Source: an uncultured Bacteroides sp.
Lineage (GTDB): Bacteria; Bacteroidota; Bacteroidia; Bacteroidales; Bacteroidaceae
Direction: 5' to 3'
Length of the DNA: 64,000 nt
Assembly (NCBI RefSeq): GCF_947632445.1
Contig: NZ_CANRPM010000011.1
Coordinates: forward strand, 1,593 to 65,592
The notes below the pieces were generated by a model. It saw only the letters and a list, made by a program, of their open reading frames with translations, was not told the DNA's origin and ran no database searches. Position 1 is the first letter of the stretch; each line of letters begins with the position of its first letter. The position numbers and the translations under genes are program-made. This document shows positions 1 through 10,178 of the stretch, in pieces.

Positions 1-1621
1 ATTCTTGAAATAACGGTTGGCTGTCTGTGCAGGAACCGGATTCTGACCGAAGTTTATGTCGTAGTGATTGAAACGTTCGTCATGACGGTTATTGTAACTT
101 CCTGACAGGTCTATTTCTATTAAATCAGGGGTATTGGGTATTGTGAACCCTTGCCATAGATTGGCACCGGCAGAAAGAGAGTGCCCTTTACGGCGGTTCA
201 TGTTGAGATTTCGATTGATCAGACTGGTCAACGCCCCGTTGGTGTTACCGCTGTAGATGTTTTGGATGAAGTCAGTGGATATATCGTTGAACGCATCGCT
301 GAAGGTGGCATCCACGTTCTCGTTATAATTATTCCAGTTTTTGTAATTGAAGAAGGGTTCAGTGCTAAGGGCATACCCTTTCTGTGCCTTGTATTGAATC
401 TTGTGTTTGGTGTTAGTTGAAACTGATTTGCTTTCCAAACGATTGAACTGATAGTCGTAAGTATTGCCTGTAACGAGGTAATTGGTGCGTGTCACGTCAG
501 TGCCGTCCGTTTCTCGACTACTTTCGGCATTTACGTTCCCGTTGAACTCCCAACGGCTGCCAATGGGCTTTATACTGTAGTCGAATCCACCTGATATGGT
601 TTTCTGTACACCGGTAGGCATGGTTTCAGGTGTCCATGTGGTTGTCTGTCCTGGTTTGCGGCTGTCGTTGAGGTTGTTTGTGCTGAAATAGGCTGAATAT
701 TGTCCTGTAGGTGTAAAGGCCATAGCAAAGAGGCGTCCCAAGTAGCGGTCTTCGCTGCCATATCCTCCCTCCACGTTCAGAGCGGTTCCTATCATGTATT
801 CCTTTTTTAGCTTTACGTCCATTACATACTGGGTATCATCTAAATCGGTTCCCGCTAACTCACCAGCTATTCCTCGTTTGTTGTATAACTCAATGTCTTT
901 CACGGCATAAGCACCCAAATTCTGTAGCAGCAGTTGTTTGTTGCCGTCGAAGAAATGTCTGCCGTTCAGTAACAATTCTTCGACAAACCTGCCATTGACA
1001 TAGATGGTGCCATCTTGTTTCAATTCTACACCAGGAAGCTGTTGTACAAGTACATCAAGCATGCTCCCTTCGGCCAGGTTGAATGCGTCGGCGTTGTAAA
1101 CCAATGTGTCGCCCTTGTTATAGAATTTGACTTTAGATGCCTTTACAACCACCTCGTCCAGTATTTCAGACGTTTCCGTAAGGTAGATGGGATCCAACTC
1201 GTAATTGAATATTCGTTTGCCGATTTTACTTATGTCCACATTTATCGAAGTAGTCTTATAGCCGATGCAACTAACAGAAAAAATGTATTTTCTCCCTCTT
1301 GGAACCTCTACGGTAAATCCTCCTGTGAATAATTTCTGATTGTCTTCTCCAGACACATAATGTTCATACATATATTCTCCGGCTGAAGTGCCAGTGACAA
1401 AACTGCTGTCCACAGCGTTCAAGACTTTGATTGTGGCAGAAGCGACCGGTTGATGGAGACCGGAAGCTTCCAGTATCTTTCCTTTTATTCTGATATTATC
1501 AGCAAATCCCGTTATAGAGATTGTTGACAAAACAAATAGAACGACTAATGGACGTTGTAGTATTTGAACAGAGAACAAGTGTTTTATCCGATTTTTTTTT
1601 CAAAGTTTCTTTTGTTTCCAT
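1..1621 (-). CDS. Outer-membrane beta-barrel / TonB-dependent-receptor-like protein with N-terminal carboxypeptidase-regulatory-like domain; runs off the window; upstream ATG out of frame at an A9 tract
   Basis: Own translation (absent from ORF track): frame open from ~1599 to base 1, reading ...VVLFVLSTISITGFA DNIRIKGKILE...LDEVVVKASKVKFYNKGDTLVYNADAFNLAEGSMLDVLVQQLPGVELKQDGTIYVNGRFVEELLLNGRHFF, a typical Bacteroidetes plug-domain signature. ATG at 1621 is one base out of frame across T9 at 1592-1600. Confidence 0.8.
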
Positions 1622-1894
1622 TGTTTTTAATTGAATTAAAAAAGAAGCAATTCAGCCTTTATAAAAGGCTATTGGTTCGTTAAACGTTAAACAAGAAAGA
1701 AGAATGGGTGTCCTCTTCTTTTCTTTTATGATGCAAAGATGTGCTTAATAGATTAATTACTGGTATAAAAAATGAGCAAACAATGTAGAAAATTTATTCA
1801 TAGATGTCAAATGACGTATTATTCTACCTTGTTTGATTGATTTTTAGAAGTAGACGGTGCTCGTGACCCTTCAATAGACGATGTTCTTAATCGA

Positions 1895-1945
1895 CCATGA
1901 AGGGTATTAATGACCTTTGATGATGGGTATTCAATGCCGTTGGTT
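1895..1945. repeat. Degenerate ~22-23 bp periodic palindromic repeat (GGTATTNAATNCC type)
   Basis: agggtattaatgacc (1901) and tgggtattcaatgcc (~1924); same core as the units at 16230-16272. Confidence 0.45.
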
Positions 1946-1999
1946 TCATGCTATGATAATACTCTCATTAACCTAAATTGATTGTCAGAAAGTACCGGC

Positions 2000-3253
2000 T
2001 TATAAAAGAGTTCCCTTTGTATCTTTAAGGAAATCAACGATGTTAATGATTGATATGCCATCCTCATTTACATAAGATGGAACCAAACCTCCGACTATGA
2101 TAATTTTAGGGAATCCATCTTTGATATAACGAAGGGAATTGGTTTCTTGATCAATTTTCTCTTGAGTAGGCATGTCAAATGCCGATTGGACATATAGACG
2201 TTTGTTACCTCTATTGCAGATAAAGTCCACTTCCAACGATTTTCGTTTTTTCTTTCCATCATCTGTTTCTCGTACTTCTACTTGCCCTACATCAACAGAA
2301 TATCCTCTGATACGCAGTTCATTGTATATGATATTTTCCATGAGGTGCCCGCCGTCAATCTGCCTGTAATTCAAACGGGCATTGCGCAATCCTATATCTT
2401 CAAAATAATATTTGGATGGTGTATTGATATAGCGTTTTCCCTTAATATCATACCGGACGGCTCTTTCCAACATAAACGCATCCTGTAGCATACCAAGATA
2501 GCTCTGTATAGTTGTATCTGAAATACTGTGACCTTTTACCGATTTAAATGTGTTTTCAAGGTTGGTCGGATTGGTTAAGCATCCGATATTGGAGGCTATG
2601 ATATCTATAAGCTCACTTAGATCATCATCATTTCTAATAGCATAACGTTCTTTTATATCATGGATATAAGTGCCTTGAAACAACGATTTCAGATATTTTT
2701 CCTTTTCCTCCTTTTTCGCAAAGGATACAATCTGTGGCATTCCACCATAAATCATGTAATCTTGCAATGCCGAAAGGTCGTTTTCATGCAGCCCAGCCTT
2801 AAGAAACTCGGAGAAGCTCAAGGGATGTACTCTGATTTCATACCCACGTCCACGAAATTCTGTTATTACATCACTTGATAACAAACGACTGTTACTACCG
2901 GTCACGTATACATCTGCATTTTTCACTTTCAGATAGCTGTTAAGCACATCCTCAAACTCTGGAACCATTTGGATTTCATCCAATAAAATATAGTACATTC
3001 CATCATCCGTCATACAGCTGTCAATATGATCCAATAGTGCATCCGGTTCCCTGATTCGTTTAGAACGGCGGTCTTCCAGATCAACTTGAATGATATGCTT
3101 TTCATCCACACCATTTTCAAGTAACGATTGCTTGAACAACTCAAACAGAAGGTAAGATTTGCCACAACGACGTATACCGGTAATGATTTTAATCATTCCG
3201 TTGTGCATTACGCTTCTCAGTTCCTGTAAGTATCTATCTCTTGGTATAATCAT
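2000..3253 (-). CDS. AAA_14 / DUF4143-type ATP-binding protein (COG1373-like)
   Basis: Walker A ITGIRRCGKS, Walker B ILLDEIQ, VTGSNS, C-terminal EVDFI nuclease-like motif; 417 aa. Confidence 0.9.
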   Translation of the reverse strand: MIIPRDRYLQELRSVMHNGMIKIITGIRRCGKSYLLFELFKQSLLENGVDEKHIIQVDLEDRRSKRIREPDALLDHIDSCMTDDGMYYILLDEIQMVPEFEDVLNSYLKVKNADVYVTGSNSRLLSSDVITEFRGRGYEIRVHPLSFSEFLKAGLHENDLSALQDYMIYGGMPQIVSFAKKEEKEKYLKSLFQGTYIHDIKERYAIRNDDDLSELIDIIASNIGCLTNPTNLENTFKSVKGHSISDTTIQSYLGMLQDAFMLERAVRYDIKGKRYINTPSKYYFEDIGLRNARLNYRQIDGGHLMENIIYNELRIRGYSVDVGQVEVRETDDGKKKRKSLEVDFICNRGNKRLYVQSAFDMPTQEKIDQETNSLRYIKDGFPKIIIVGGLVPSYVNEDGISIINIVDFLKDTKGTLL

Positions 3254-3257
3254 ATTG

Positions 3258-3265
3258 CAAAAGTA
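3258..3265 (-). promoter_or_regulatory. Bacteroidetes sigma-A -7 element (TACTTTTG) upstream of the AAA ATPase
   Basis: Matches TAnnTTTG just upstream of ATG 3253. Confidence 0.55.
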
Positions 3266-3340
3266 ATGAAAACTATCAGTAATCCATTATTCTATTGGAG
3301 AAAAATGGGAAAAGTACCATATTTCTCCAATAGCTTACTC

Positions 3341-3531
3341 TCAACTGGCAAGTGCAAAAATAGCGATTTGTCTGAAGAAAACATTTTTAGGAGAGTCGAA
3401 ATAGAGTTTTTATCTCGGCTGAGTGTTGACTGACTGCACTCCGCTATGGAGGCGATTTCTTTTCCCGGAGTCTTTCTTTGCAGTAAGGCGAAAATTTGCG
3501 ACCTTTGTTGCGAGATTAATCGGTAATACAT
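3341..3531 (-). mobile_element. IS30-family relic: N-terminal HTH plus terminal-repeat-like end, catalytic core missing
   Basis: MYYRLISQQRSQIFALLQRKTPGKEIASIAECSQSTLSR (3531-3412) resembles the IS30 transposase N-terminal HTH; TCAACTGGCAAGTGCAA (3341-3357) resembles IS30 terminal IRs. Confidence 0.65.
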
Positions 3532-3677
3532 AATGCAACACAAAATTAGTTAATCTCATGGAGATTTCGGCCCATGTTTTTTTATGAAACAGGGTAGAAA
3601 AATTAGTCATAATGATTGCTTTTTTCAGCATATTTCATTATTTTTGCCGAAAGCAACAATTAAATTTGTTTAATACG

Positions 3678-6600
3678 ATGAAGAAAATCGGTAACCTTGT
3701 ATCGCTTATAGTGTGGTTCATGTTTTTCCCTTTGAATGTACGTGCACTTCAGGACGATTTAATTCTGAAACGGATGGGCGTCGAACAGGGGTTGTCAAAC
3801 AACTACGTGATGGATATTGCGCAGGACAACCGGGGCTGTATATGGATAGCGACGGAGTCCGGGCTTAATAAGTTCGACGGGCGTGAATTTACGGTCTATA
3901 ACCGGAACAATTCGCCAATCTGCGGCAACGAGCATAACGTGTTGCTTTCCGTGCCGCAAGACAACACTATCTGGATAGGAACGCAACGCGACGGCATCAG
4001 CATTCTGGATGTGGGGCAACGGACGTTCGAGACGTTGGACGTACATAACGGACTGATTACAAACGATGTGACCGACCTGAAAATGGCGGCGGACGGGGGC
4101 ATTTGGATTACCCACTTTCATTTGGGTATCGACCATTACAACCGGAAGACGAAGAAGGTGGAAAGCTATAACACGTCCAATGTCAAGGGATTTTCGGGGC
4201 GCAACTGGACTTCGTATGACGACGGGAAAGGCCATCTCTACGTGGGACATGCGGAAGACGGTCTCAGTATCATCGACTTGAAGGCGCGTACTTGCGAGAA
4301 TTTCCGCCATGCACCTGACGATCCCAAGAGCATCCCGAGCAATACGGTTCATGCCATCCTGATAGACCGCTCGGAGCGGATATGGATCGGCACGGGGAAC
4401 GGTCTGTCGCTGTTCAATCCCGTCACGAAAGAGTTTACGACCTTCCGCAGCCAGCCCGACAATCCCCATTCTCTTTTATCCAATCAGGTATATGACATCC
4501 GCCAGACGCGCGATGGAAACATCTGGGTTTGTACCAACATGGGCGGGGTCAGCATCCTCGATTTGCGCCAGAATTCCTTTATCCGTCCCGATCAGGTGCA
4601 ATTCCGCAACATCGCGGTGACCAACGGCATTCACGGGCTGTCTTCACCCAATGCCCGCTGTCTGTTTGAAGATTCTTTCGGAAACATCTGGATAGGCAAT
4701 TACCGGGGCGGGGTGGATGTCATCTGCCGTTTGCAGCCTCAGTTCAAAACACTGCCTTATCAGATGAGACGCTATGGCGCATACGCCAACAAACAGGTGT
4801 GGGGCATCAATGTCGATACGGGCGGACGCCTATGGTTGGGTGGAGAGAATGAGGTGGCGATATTCGTCAAGGGGAGGATGAAAGAGGTGCTAAATCCGCA
4901 AGCAGTGAAGAATACGCATGTGAATGTCATCTATACCGACCGCTCCGGCGATCTCTGGATGGGCATGTATCTGGATGGGGTGATGATATACCGCCACAGG
5001 ACGGGACAGATGGAACGGCTCAGTGACGCATATCCCAACCTCGATGTCCGATGTTTCTACGAAGACGAGGACGGCAAGATGTGGATCGGTACGGAGAGCG
5101 GCATATATAGCTATGAGAGCGGGCGGTTTGCTTGCGAAGACAGCATCAATAATCAGCTGGCCGACAATATGATTCACAGCATTCTGCGTGACAAACAGGG
5201 GAAGCTCTGGATTGGCACCTTCGGCAAAGGCATTCAGATATTGAACAGTCATAACAACTTGGTTTATAGTCTGACTACCGACAATGGGATGGCTTCGAAT
5301 GCCATTTCCCACTTGTCCATGAGCAGCCGCGACGAAATCTGGGCAGCCACGAGGAATGGCCTTGTCTTCTTCGAGCGGACGGACAACCCGATGGGGTTCC
5401 GTATATTTACGGAGAAAGACGGCATAGAGAACGGCTATGTCAGAGCCATACAGGAGGATGAGAGGGGCAATATCTGGTTCAGTACAAACGACGGCATTTC
5501 GTGCTATGAGAAGGCGTCGGGTGTGTTCAAAAACTATAATTACCATGAAGGAGTTCCTCGCGGCGATTTTATGGACGGCTCGGTATGTCGGACGGACGAC
5601 GGCACGATTTATTTTGGCTCGCAGAATGGCGTGTGCTATTTCCGTCCCGCCACGCTTGATTACAGTGAGAAGGTGGCTCCGGTGGTCTTTACGGAGTTTC
5701 GGACTTTGACAGGCGACTTGCGGCCGGAGTATGCCGAGAAGATGGTGCCCATCATAAAGAATAAGATCAGGCTTTCTTACCGGAACAATAATCTGAGAAT
5801 TGGCTTCAATGTGACCGATTTCTCGCAGGCGGGTCAGGTGGAGTATATCTATCAAATGGAAGGATTGAATAATTCCTGGTACAATACGCATGGCGAAAAC
5901 CAGGTGATATTCAGGAACCTGCCGCACGGAAACTATACGTTCAAGGTGAATGCCCGGATGAGAAATCAAAGCTGGACGAACGACAACATCGCTTCACTGA
6001 CGTTGATAATCGATCCGCCTCTGTGGCTGACGTGGTATGCCAAACTGTTCTATGTGATTGTGGCATGTCTGCTGCTCTACTATATGTTGCGTTTCTACAA
6101 GCATAAACTTGAGTTGGAGAATAAGCTGAACTTGGAGCACCAACAGTTGAAGAATGGGGAAAAGCTTAACGCGGAAAGGCTTCATTTCTATACCAGCATT
6201 ACGCACGAACTGCGTACACCGCTTACGCTCATTGCCGGGCCTTTGGAGGATCTTTTGAGGGATAAGTCGTTATCGCAGAAACATCTGGAACGCATCGGCA
6301 TCATACACAGCAATGCCAACAGGCTGTTGGCACTGATTAACCAGATACTGGAATTCCGAAAGGCAGAGACACTGAATCGGAAGCTGCTGATAGAGAAAGC
6401 CAATCTCGGTAGGTTGGTAAGGGAAATCGGTTTGGGCTTCAAGGAACTGAACCAGAACAGCCGGGTCAATATTGAGGTGAAGATTGAAACGGAAGAGACG
6501 GAACTCTGTTTCGACCCTGAAATAATCACGATTATTCTTAATAATCTGGTGTCCAATGCCATGAAATATACACCGGAGGGATTTATAACTTTGTCTCTCG

Positions 6601-7754
6601 GCAAACGGGAGGAAGACGGACAGCGATATACCGAAATCAAGGTGAAAGATACAGGATTCGGCATTGACTCGGAGTCAATCCCTCACATTTTCGACAGTTA
6701 TTATCAGGCGGACGGCGAGCATCAGGCTTCGGGTACGGGCATAGGGCTGGCTTTGGTGAAAGCGCTGGCCGATTTGCATGAAGCAACGATCAGTGTGGAA
6801 AGCGAACTGAACGAGGGCAGCTGCTTTACTCTCAGCCTGTTGACAGACAATACCTATCCTCATGCCCGACATAAGCAGGTGGCGGCAAGCGGCGACAAAC
6901 CGGCTGTAGCCGAGACAGTTGCCAGGGAGGTGTCGGCCGAGGGAGAGGATGCACGTCCCGTTCTGCTGGTGGTGGAAGATAACAATGATATTTGTGATTA
7001 TATCCGAAGCTCATTCGAAGACATGTATGAGGTGCTTACTGCTTCCAACGGAAAAGACGGGTGGGACATCGCCAAAGTTCGCATCCCGAGTGTCATTGTC
7101 AGTGACATTATGATGCCCATCATGGACGGCATTGCTTTCTGCAAACGTGTGAAGCAGGATATGCGTACCAGTCATATTCCGGTAATATTACTGACGGCCA
7201 AAGATAGTATTCAGGATCGGGAAGAAGGGTATGCCGCTGGAGCCGATTCGTTTATAGCCAAGCCTTTCAGTGCCAGCCTGTTGACTCGGAGAATAGAAAA
7301 TCTGCTGGCAGGCAGAAGGAAGTTGGCGGTACTGATTGCGGCAAAGACAGTATCGTCGGTAGGTTCGTCCACTGAAGAGGCTTTAAAGGATCTGGGTGAG
7401 GGAGATCGCACATTGAACAAGCTCGACCGCGAGTTCTTGGATAAGGTAGCCTGTATTATCGGAGATAATCTCAGTATGGAAAAGATTGATGTAGGTTTTA
7501 TTGCCGACAAGATGTGTATGAGCCATTCTACGCTTTATCGGAAAATCAAGTATCTGACGGATATGTCGGTCAATGAATTTGTACGGAAAGTGAAGTTGAA
7601 GAAGAGTGTAGATCTCTTGTTGGACGGTGAGTACAGCATCGCTGAAATTTCAGATTTGGCCGGTTTCAGCAGTGTGGCTTATTTCAGGCAGTGCTTTAAG
7701 GATGAATATGGCATGGCTCCTTCGGAATACCTTAAGCAGAAAGGCGGGGGTTGA
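3678..7754 (+). CDS. Hybrid two-component system sensor kinase / response regulator / AraC
   Basis: Signal peptide, Reg_prop repeats (GLSNN..DIAQD..G.IWIAT), Y_Y_Y domain, TM, H-box THELRTPLT, GTGIGL, receiver SDIMMP, AraC HTH. Likely start 3678 (TATTTTTG at 3639-3646), not 3612. Confidence 0.95.
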   Translation: MKKIGNLVSLIVWFMFFPLNVRALQDDLILKRMGVEQGLSNNYVMDIAQDNRGCIWIATESGLNKFDGREFTVYNRNNSPICGNEHNVLLSVPQDNTIWIGTQRDGISILDVGQRTFETLDVHNGLITNDVTDLKMAADGGIWITHFHLGIDHYNRKTKKVESYNTSNVKGFSGRNWTSYDDGKGHLYVGHAEDGLSIIDLKARTCENFRHAPDDPKSIPSNTVHAILIDRSERIWIGTGNGLSLFNPVTKEFTTFRSQPDNPHSLLSNQVYDIRQTRDGNIWVCTNMGGVSILDLRQNSFIRPDQVQFRNIAVTNGIHGLSSPNARCLFEDSFGNIWIGNYRGGVDVICRLQPQFKTLPYQMRRYGAYANKQVWGINVDTGGRLWLGGENEVAIFVKGRMKEVLNPQAVKNTHVNVIYTDRSGDLWMGMYLDGVMIYRHRTGQMERLSDAYPNLDVRCFYEDEDGKMWIGTESGIYSYESGRFACEDSINNQLADNMIHSILRDKQGKLWIGTFGKGIQILNSHNNLVYSLTTDNGMASNAISHLSMSSRDEIWAATRNGLVFFERTDNPMGFRIFTEKDGIENGYVRAIQEDERGNIWFSTNDGISCYEKASGVFKNYNYHEGVPRGDFMDGSVCRTDDGTIYFGSQNGVCYFRPATLDYSEKVAPVVFTEFRTLTGDLRPEYAEKMVPIIKNKIRLSYRNNNLRIGFNVTDFSQAGQVEYIYQMEGLNNSWYNTHGENQVIFRNLPHGNYTFKVNARMRNQSWTNDNIASLTLIIDPPLWLTWYAKLFYVIVACLLLYYMLRFYKHKLELENKLNLEHQQLKNGEKLNAERLHFYTSITHELRTPLTLIAGPLEDLLRDKSLSQKHLERIGIIHSNANRLLALINQILEFRKAETLNRKLLIEKANLGRLVREIGLGFKELNQNSRVNIEVKIETEETELCFDPEIITIILNNLVSNAMKYTPEGFITLSLGKREEDGQRYTEIKVKDTGFGIDSESIPHIFDSYYQADGEHQASGTGIGLALVKALADLHEATISVESELNEGSCFTLSLLTDNTYPHARHKQVAASGDKPAVAETVAREVSAEGEDARPVLLVVEDNNDICDYIRSSFEDMYEVLTASNGKDGWDIAKVRIPSVIVSDIMMPIMDGIAFCKRVKQDMRTSHIPVILLTAKDSIQDREEGYAAGADSFIAKPFSASLLTRRIENLLAGRRKLAVLIAAKTVSSVGSSTEEALKDLGEGDRTLNKLDREFLDKVACIIGDNLSMEKIDVGFIADKMCMSHSTLYRKIKYLTDMSVNEFVRKVKLKKSVDLLLDGEYSIAEISDLAGFSSVAYFRQCFKDEYGMAPSEYLKQKGGG

Positions 7755-7764
7755 TTATGAATCG

Positions 7765-7838
7765 TTCAGGCACGGATGATACGGATTTTCGCGGATATAT
7801 GTTTTTCTCCGTGACGCTCCGTGTAATCCGTGCCTGAA
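7765..7838. repeat. REP-like palindrome between convergent genes
   Basis: TTCAGGCACGGAT ... ATCCGTGCCTGAA terminal IR with internal CGGAT/ATCCG sub-repeats. Confidence 0.75.
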
Positions 7839-7852
7839 GGTTATGTTGGAAA

Positions 7853-10162
7853 TCAGAACAAATCCCCCGTACTGATTTCATCCTTCCAATAGTGGTCTTT
7901 GGGGAACGGTTGTTCGCTCCAAGCTCGTTTGCTGGTCCAGTCCTGGGGTGCATCGGTCCAGAATGGATGGCCGGCCGGCAGTCCTAAAGGCAGGAAAGCC
8001 AGGGAAGTCATGTACAGGCTGCCATTGTTGGTGTACCAGTCTGCAATGTTGGGCTGACGTCCGCTGAACCCGATGGTCAGATAACCTCCTTCGTTGAAAT
8101 TGTTGCCACTGGCAAACATGCGTTTCATAACGGCTGTGAGGGCGCAGCGTACCTGGGCGTTGGTCACGCCGGCAGGCAGTTCCTGATACCAGGCCATCAG
8201 GGCGAGGGGTTGCATCGTAGCCATGCGGTATGGAATGGATCGCCCGAAGACAGGGAAGGTTCCTTCGGGTGAGATGAAGCGTTCCAGTATCAGGCTGTAT
8301 TTTTGTGCACGGCGCAAGGCACGGTCATAATACTTGGAATAATGTAGGCGTGTATAAGCCTTAACATCTTTCATCGCCTGAAGAGTTTCAAGATACATGG
8401 GATGGAACACGTAGCTGCTGTAGTAGTCGAAAGCAAAGCTTGGGCCGTCGGCATACCAGCCGTCTCCGGTGTACCATTCTTCTACCTTGCGGATGGCGGA
8501 GTTGATGCGGTAGGCATCGTAAGATGCTCCGGCTTTGGCCAGGAAACTTTCGATAGTCGATGAGAAGAGCAACCAGTTGGTGTAAGGCGGGTCGATACGG
8601 CGTAACAGGGTGAACTCTTCGATGTAGCGTTGCTTGGTGGTCTCGTCCAAAGGTTTCCACAGCTGGTCGAACGCACGGAGAAAACTCTCGGCAATATAGG
8701 CTGCGTCTACTAAGGGCTGTCCTTCCTTACGCCACAGCAGGTAGTCGGGACTTTGCGGATCTACGGCGTTGGCATAGCTTTTCAACGCCCATTCGCGTAA
8801 TTGCTTGCGCATGGTTCCTTCCGCCGTGTTGTCGTCGGGGAGTGTAAGCCAGGGAGCAATGCCTGCCATCAGGCGGCCGAAAGCTTCCATATAGGTTACC
8901 TTTTTGTCGCGGCCGTCCCATGTGGGACTTACTTCTACAATCATGTTCTTTTGAAGTTCTCCCTTAGCCATATTGCTCAAGATTGGGGCGGCCATCTTGT
9001 AGGCAAGGTCACACCAGTAAGCACGATCTTGGGTTTCGGGAGCTTCCAAGTAGCGTACATACTCACAGGCAGCCAACAGGAATGCACCTACACCGAAATT
9101 GGCGGTGGAGTTGGCATCGACTACCTGGCCGGGGATGGCTTTTTCGCCGATGGGTTGTACGTAGCCCACAGAGCCGTTTTTCTGAAGGGCGGTTTTCGAC
9201 AGGTAGTTCCATGCTTTGTTGACAGTGGGCAGGAATTCGGCTTCGTCCAGATAGCCGTTGTTGATACCCCACAGAATGCCATAAGTAAAGAATGCAGTAC
9301 CGCTTGTTTCAGGGCCGGGAGCATGTTCGGGATCCATCATACTGCGGGTCCAATAGCCTTCGGGTTGCTGAATGGCGGCTACTGCTTTAGCTAATTTCTG
9401 GAATTTCTCCACGAAAAAAGCGCGGTGTTTGTAGTCAGCCGGCAGGTCTTTCAACACTTTGGCCAGTCCCGCCAGTACCCATCCGTCACCGCGGGCCCAG
9501 AAGTCTTTCTTTCCGTTGACACTCTTGTGCTTGGGATAGACGTATTTGGCATCGCGGTAATAGAGATTTTCCTCTTTGTCGAACATAATCTGGTCGGAAT
9601 AGGTGATGTATTCGTACAATTTGTCCAGATAGAGCGGATTGTGGGTAATCTTATACAATTTCGTCATGACGGGCATTACCATGTACAGGCCGTCGCTCCA
9701 CCACCAATAGTCGTTTTGCGGAGTACTCATCTGATATTCCATGACTTCGCGGGCGCGCTTGATTTTATAATCTTCGGGAGCTAAGTTGTAAAGGTCGGCA
9801 TAGGTCTGGAAACAAATCTGATAGTCGCCGAACAGAACGTACTCGTCCGATTCTCCGTATGAATATTTCCACTGGGAACGGTCGTTGCTTTTGGCTCCTT
9901 TCCATTCGTTGTGTTTGGCCCACGCTTCGGAATAGGCACGGTAGGTTTCGTTGCCTGTCAGGAAGTAGGCTTCCATGTTGCCGGTGTGATAGGCTGCATT
10001 GTCCCAGAAGGAACGTACTTCCGGCTTGTTTTCAGCTTGCCAGTGTTGGTTCACTGTGTCAATGATTTTTCGAACCTGTTCGGCCTCGGAAGTCTTGGCA
10101 AATGTTGCAGCCGGTAGTAGTCCGATGAAACAGGCTGCAAACGTTTTAAGAATTTTATCCAT
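7853..10162 (-). CDS. Bimodular GH88/GH105-type unsaturated uronyl hydrolase fused to a DUF2264-type domain
   Basis: N-half: WWWSDGLYM, FWARGDGW, ETSGTAFF, FGVGAFLLA (GH105/88). C-half: YMEAFGRLMAGIAPWL, QPLVDAAY, YTNWLLF, GRSIPYR, SLYMTS (DUF2264-like). Signal peptide present. Confidence 0.85.
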   Translation of the reverse strand: MDKILKTFAACFIGLLPAATFAKTSEAEQVRKIIDTVNQHWQAENKPEVRSFWDNAAYHTGNMEAYFLTGNETYRAYSEAWAKHNEWKGAKSNDRSQWKYSYGESDEYVLFGDYQICFQTYADLYNLAPEDYKIKRAREVMEYQMSTPQNDYWWWSDGLYMVMPVMTKLYKITHNPLYLDKLYEYITYSDQIMFDKEENLYYRDAKYVYPKHKSVNGKKDFWARGDGWVLAGLAKVLKDLPADYKHRAFFVEKFQKLAKAVAAIQQPEGYWTRSMMDPEHAPGPETSGTAFFTYGILWGINNGYLDEAEFLPTVNKAWNYLSKTALQKNGSVGYVQPIGEKAIPGQVVDANSTANFGVGAFLLAACEYVRYLEAPETQDRAYWCDLAYKMAAPILSNMAKGELQKNMIVEVSPTWDGRDKKVTYMEAFGRLMAGIAPWLTLPDDNTAEGTMRKQLREWALKSYANAVDPQSPDYLLWRKEGQPLVDAAYIAESFLRAFDQLWKPLDETTKQRYIEEFTLLRRIDPPYTNWLLFSSTIESFLAKAGASYDAYRINSAIRKVEEWYTGDGWYADGPSFAFDYYSSYVFHPMYLETLQAMKDVKAYTRLHYSKYYDRALRRAQKYSLILERFISPEGTFPVFGRSIPYRMATMQPLALMAWYQELPAGVTNAQVRCALTAVMKRMFASGNNFNEGGYLTIGFSGRQPNIADWYTNNGSLYMTSLAFLPLGLPAGHPFWTDAPQDWTSKRAWSEQPFPKDHYWKDEISTGDLF

Positions 10163-10178
10163 AAGTTTTGTATGTTAG

